From Azolla caroliniana (lineage: Eukaryota; Plantae; Polypodiophyta), in contig JBHGNT010000014.1 in assembly GCA_043228905.1 (NCBI GenBank), forward strand, positions 14,942,001 through 15,006,000: DNA of 64,000 bases, written 5' to 3'. This document shows positions 63,936-64,000 of this stretch, in pieces (the stretch's first letter is position 1; each line of letters opens with the position of its first letter). Position numbers and translations under genes: made by a program. Under the pieces are notes generated by a model that saw only the letters and a list, made by a program, of their open reading frames with translations, did no database searches and was not told where the DNA came from.

Positions 63936-64000
63936 GTAAGAGCCGGGCTTCACTTCTTTATTTCTAATTTGGCTTTGATTTTTTCATAGAGCAGACTTCT

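Overview
Eukaryotic, land-plant nuclear DNA, most likely a fern. That is an inference from the fern-type PLS-E PPR gene, a Tcn1-like chromovirus fragment and Copia gag motifs typical of non-seed plants. The first 28 kb is a retrotransposon nest. An L1-type LINE (+) is split by a 22.4-kb Copia element A (3954-26332, TSD CCTAG). A carries Copia B, Copia C and a solo LTR. C's 3' LTR carries Copia D and an LTR-less Ty3/gypsy fragment, and D's 3' LTR carries another solo LTR, giving five nested layers. The rest holds three genes for probably organelle-targeted proteins: an intronless PLS-E PPR gene (-), an 8-exon plastid RsmD-type rRNA methyltransferase (+), and the 5' part of a CruP-like FAD-dependent lycopene-cyclase paralogue (+). 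The 9.7-kb first intron of the CruP-like gene holds Copia G and a solo LTR. The most unusual observations are: Copia B flanked by a 170-bp duplication with an extra PBS beyond its 3' LTR; a TSD-less 1-kb chromovirus filler inside an LTR; duplicated splice sites around one RsmD exon; a solo-LTR family with a conserved G-rich motif; and many young tandem duplications with microhomology or templated junctions. I found no prokaryote-type system such as CRISPR.
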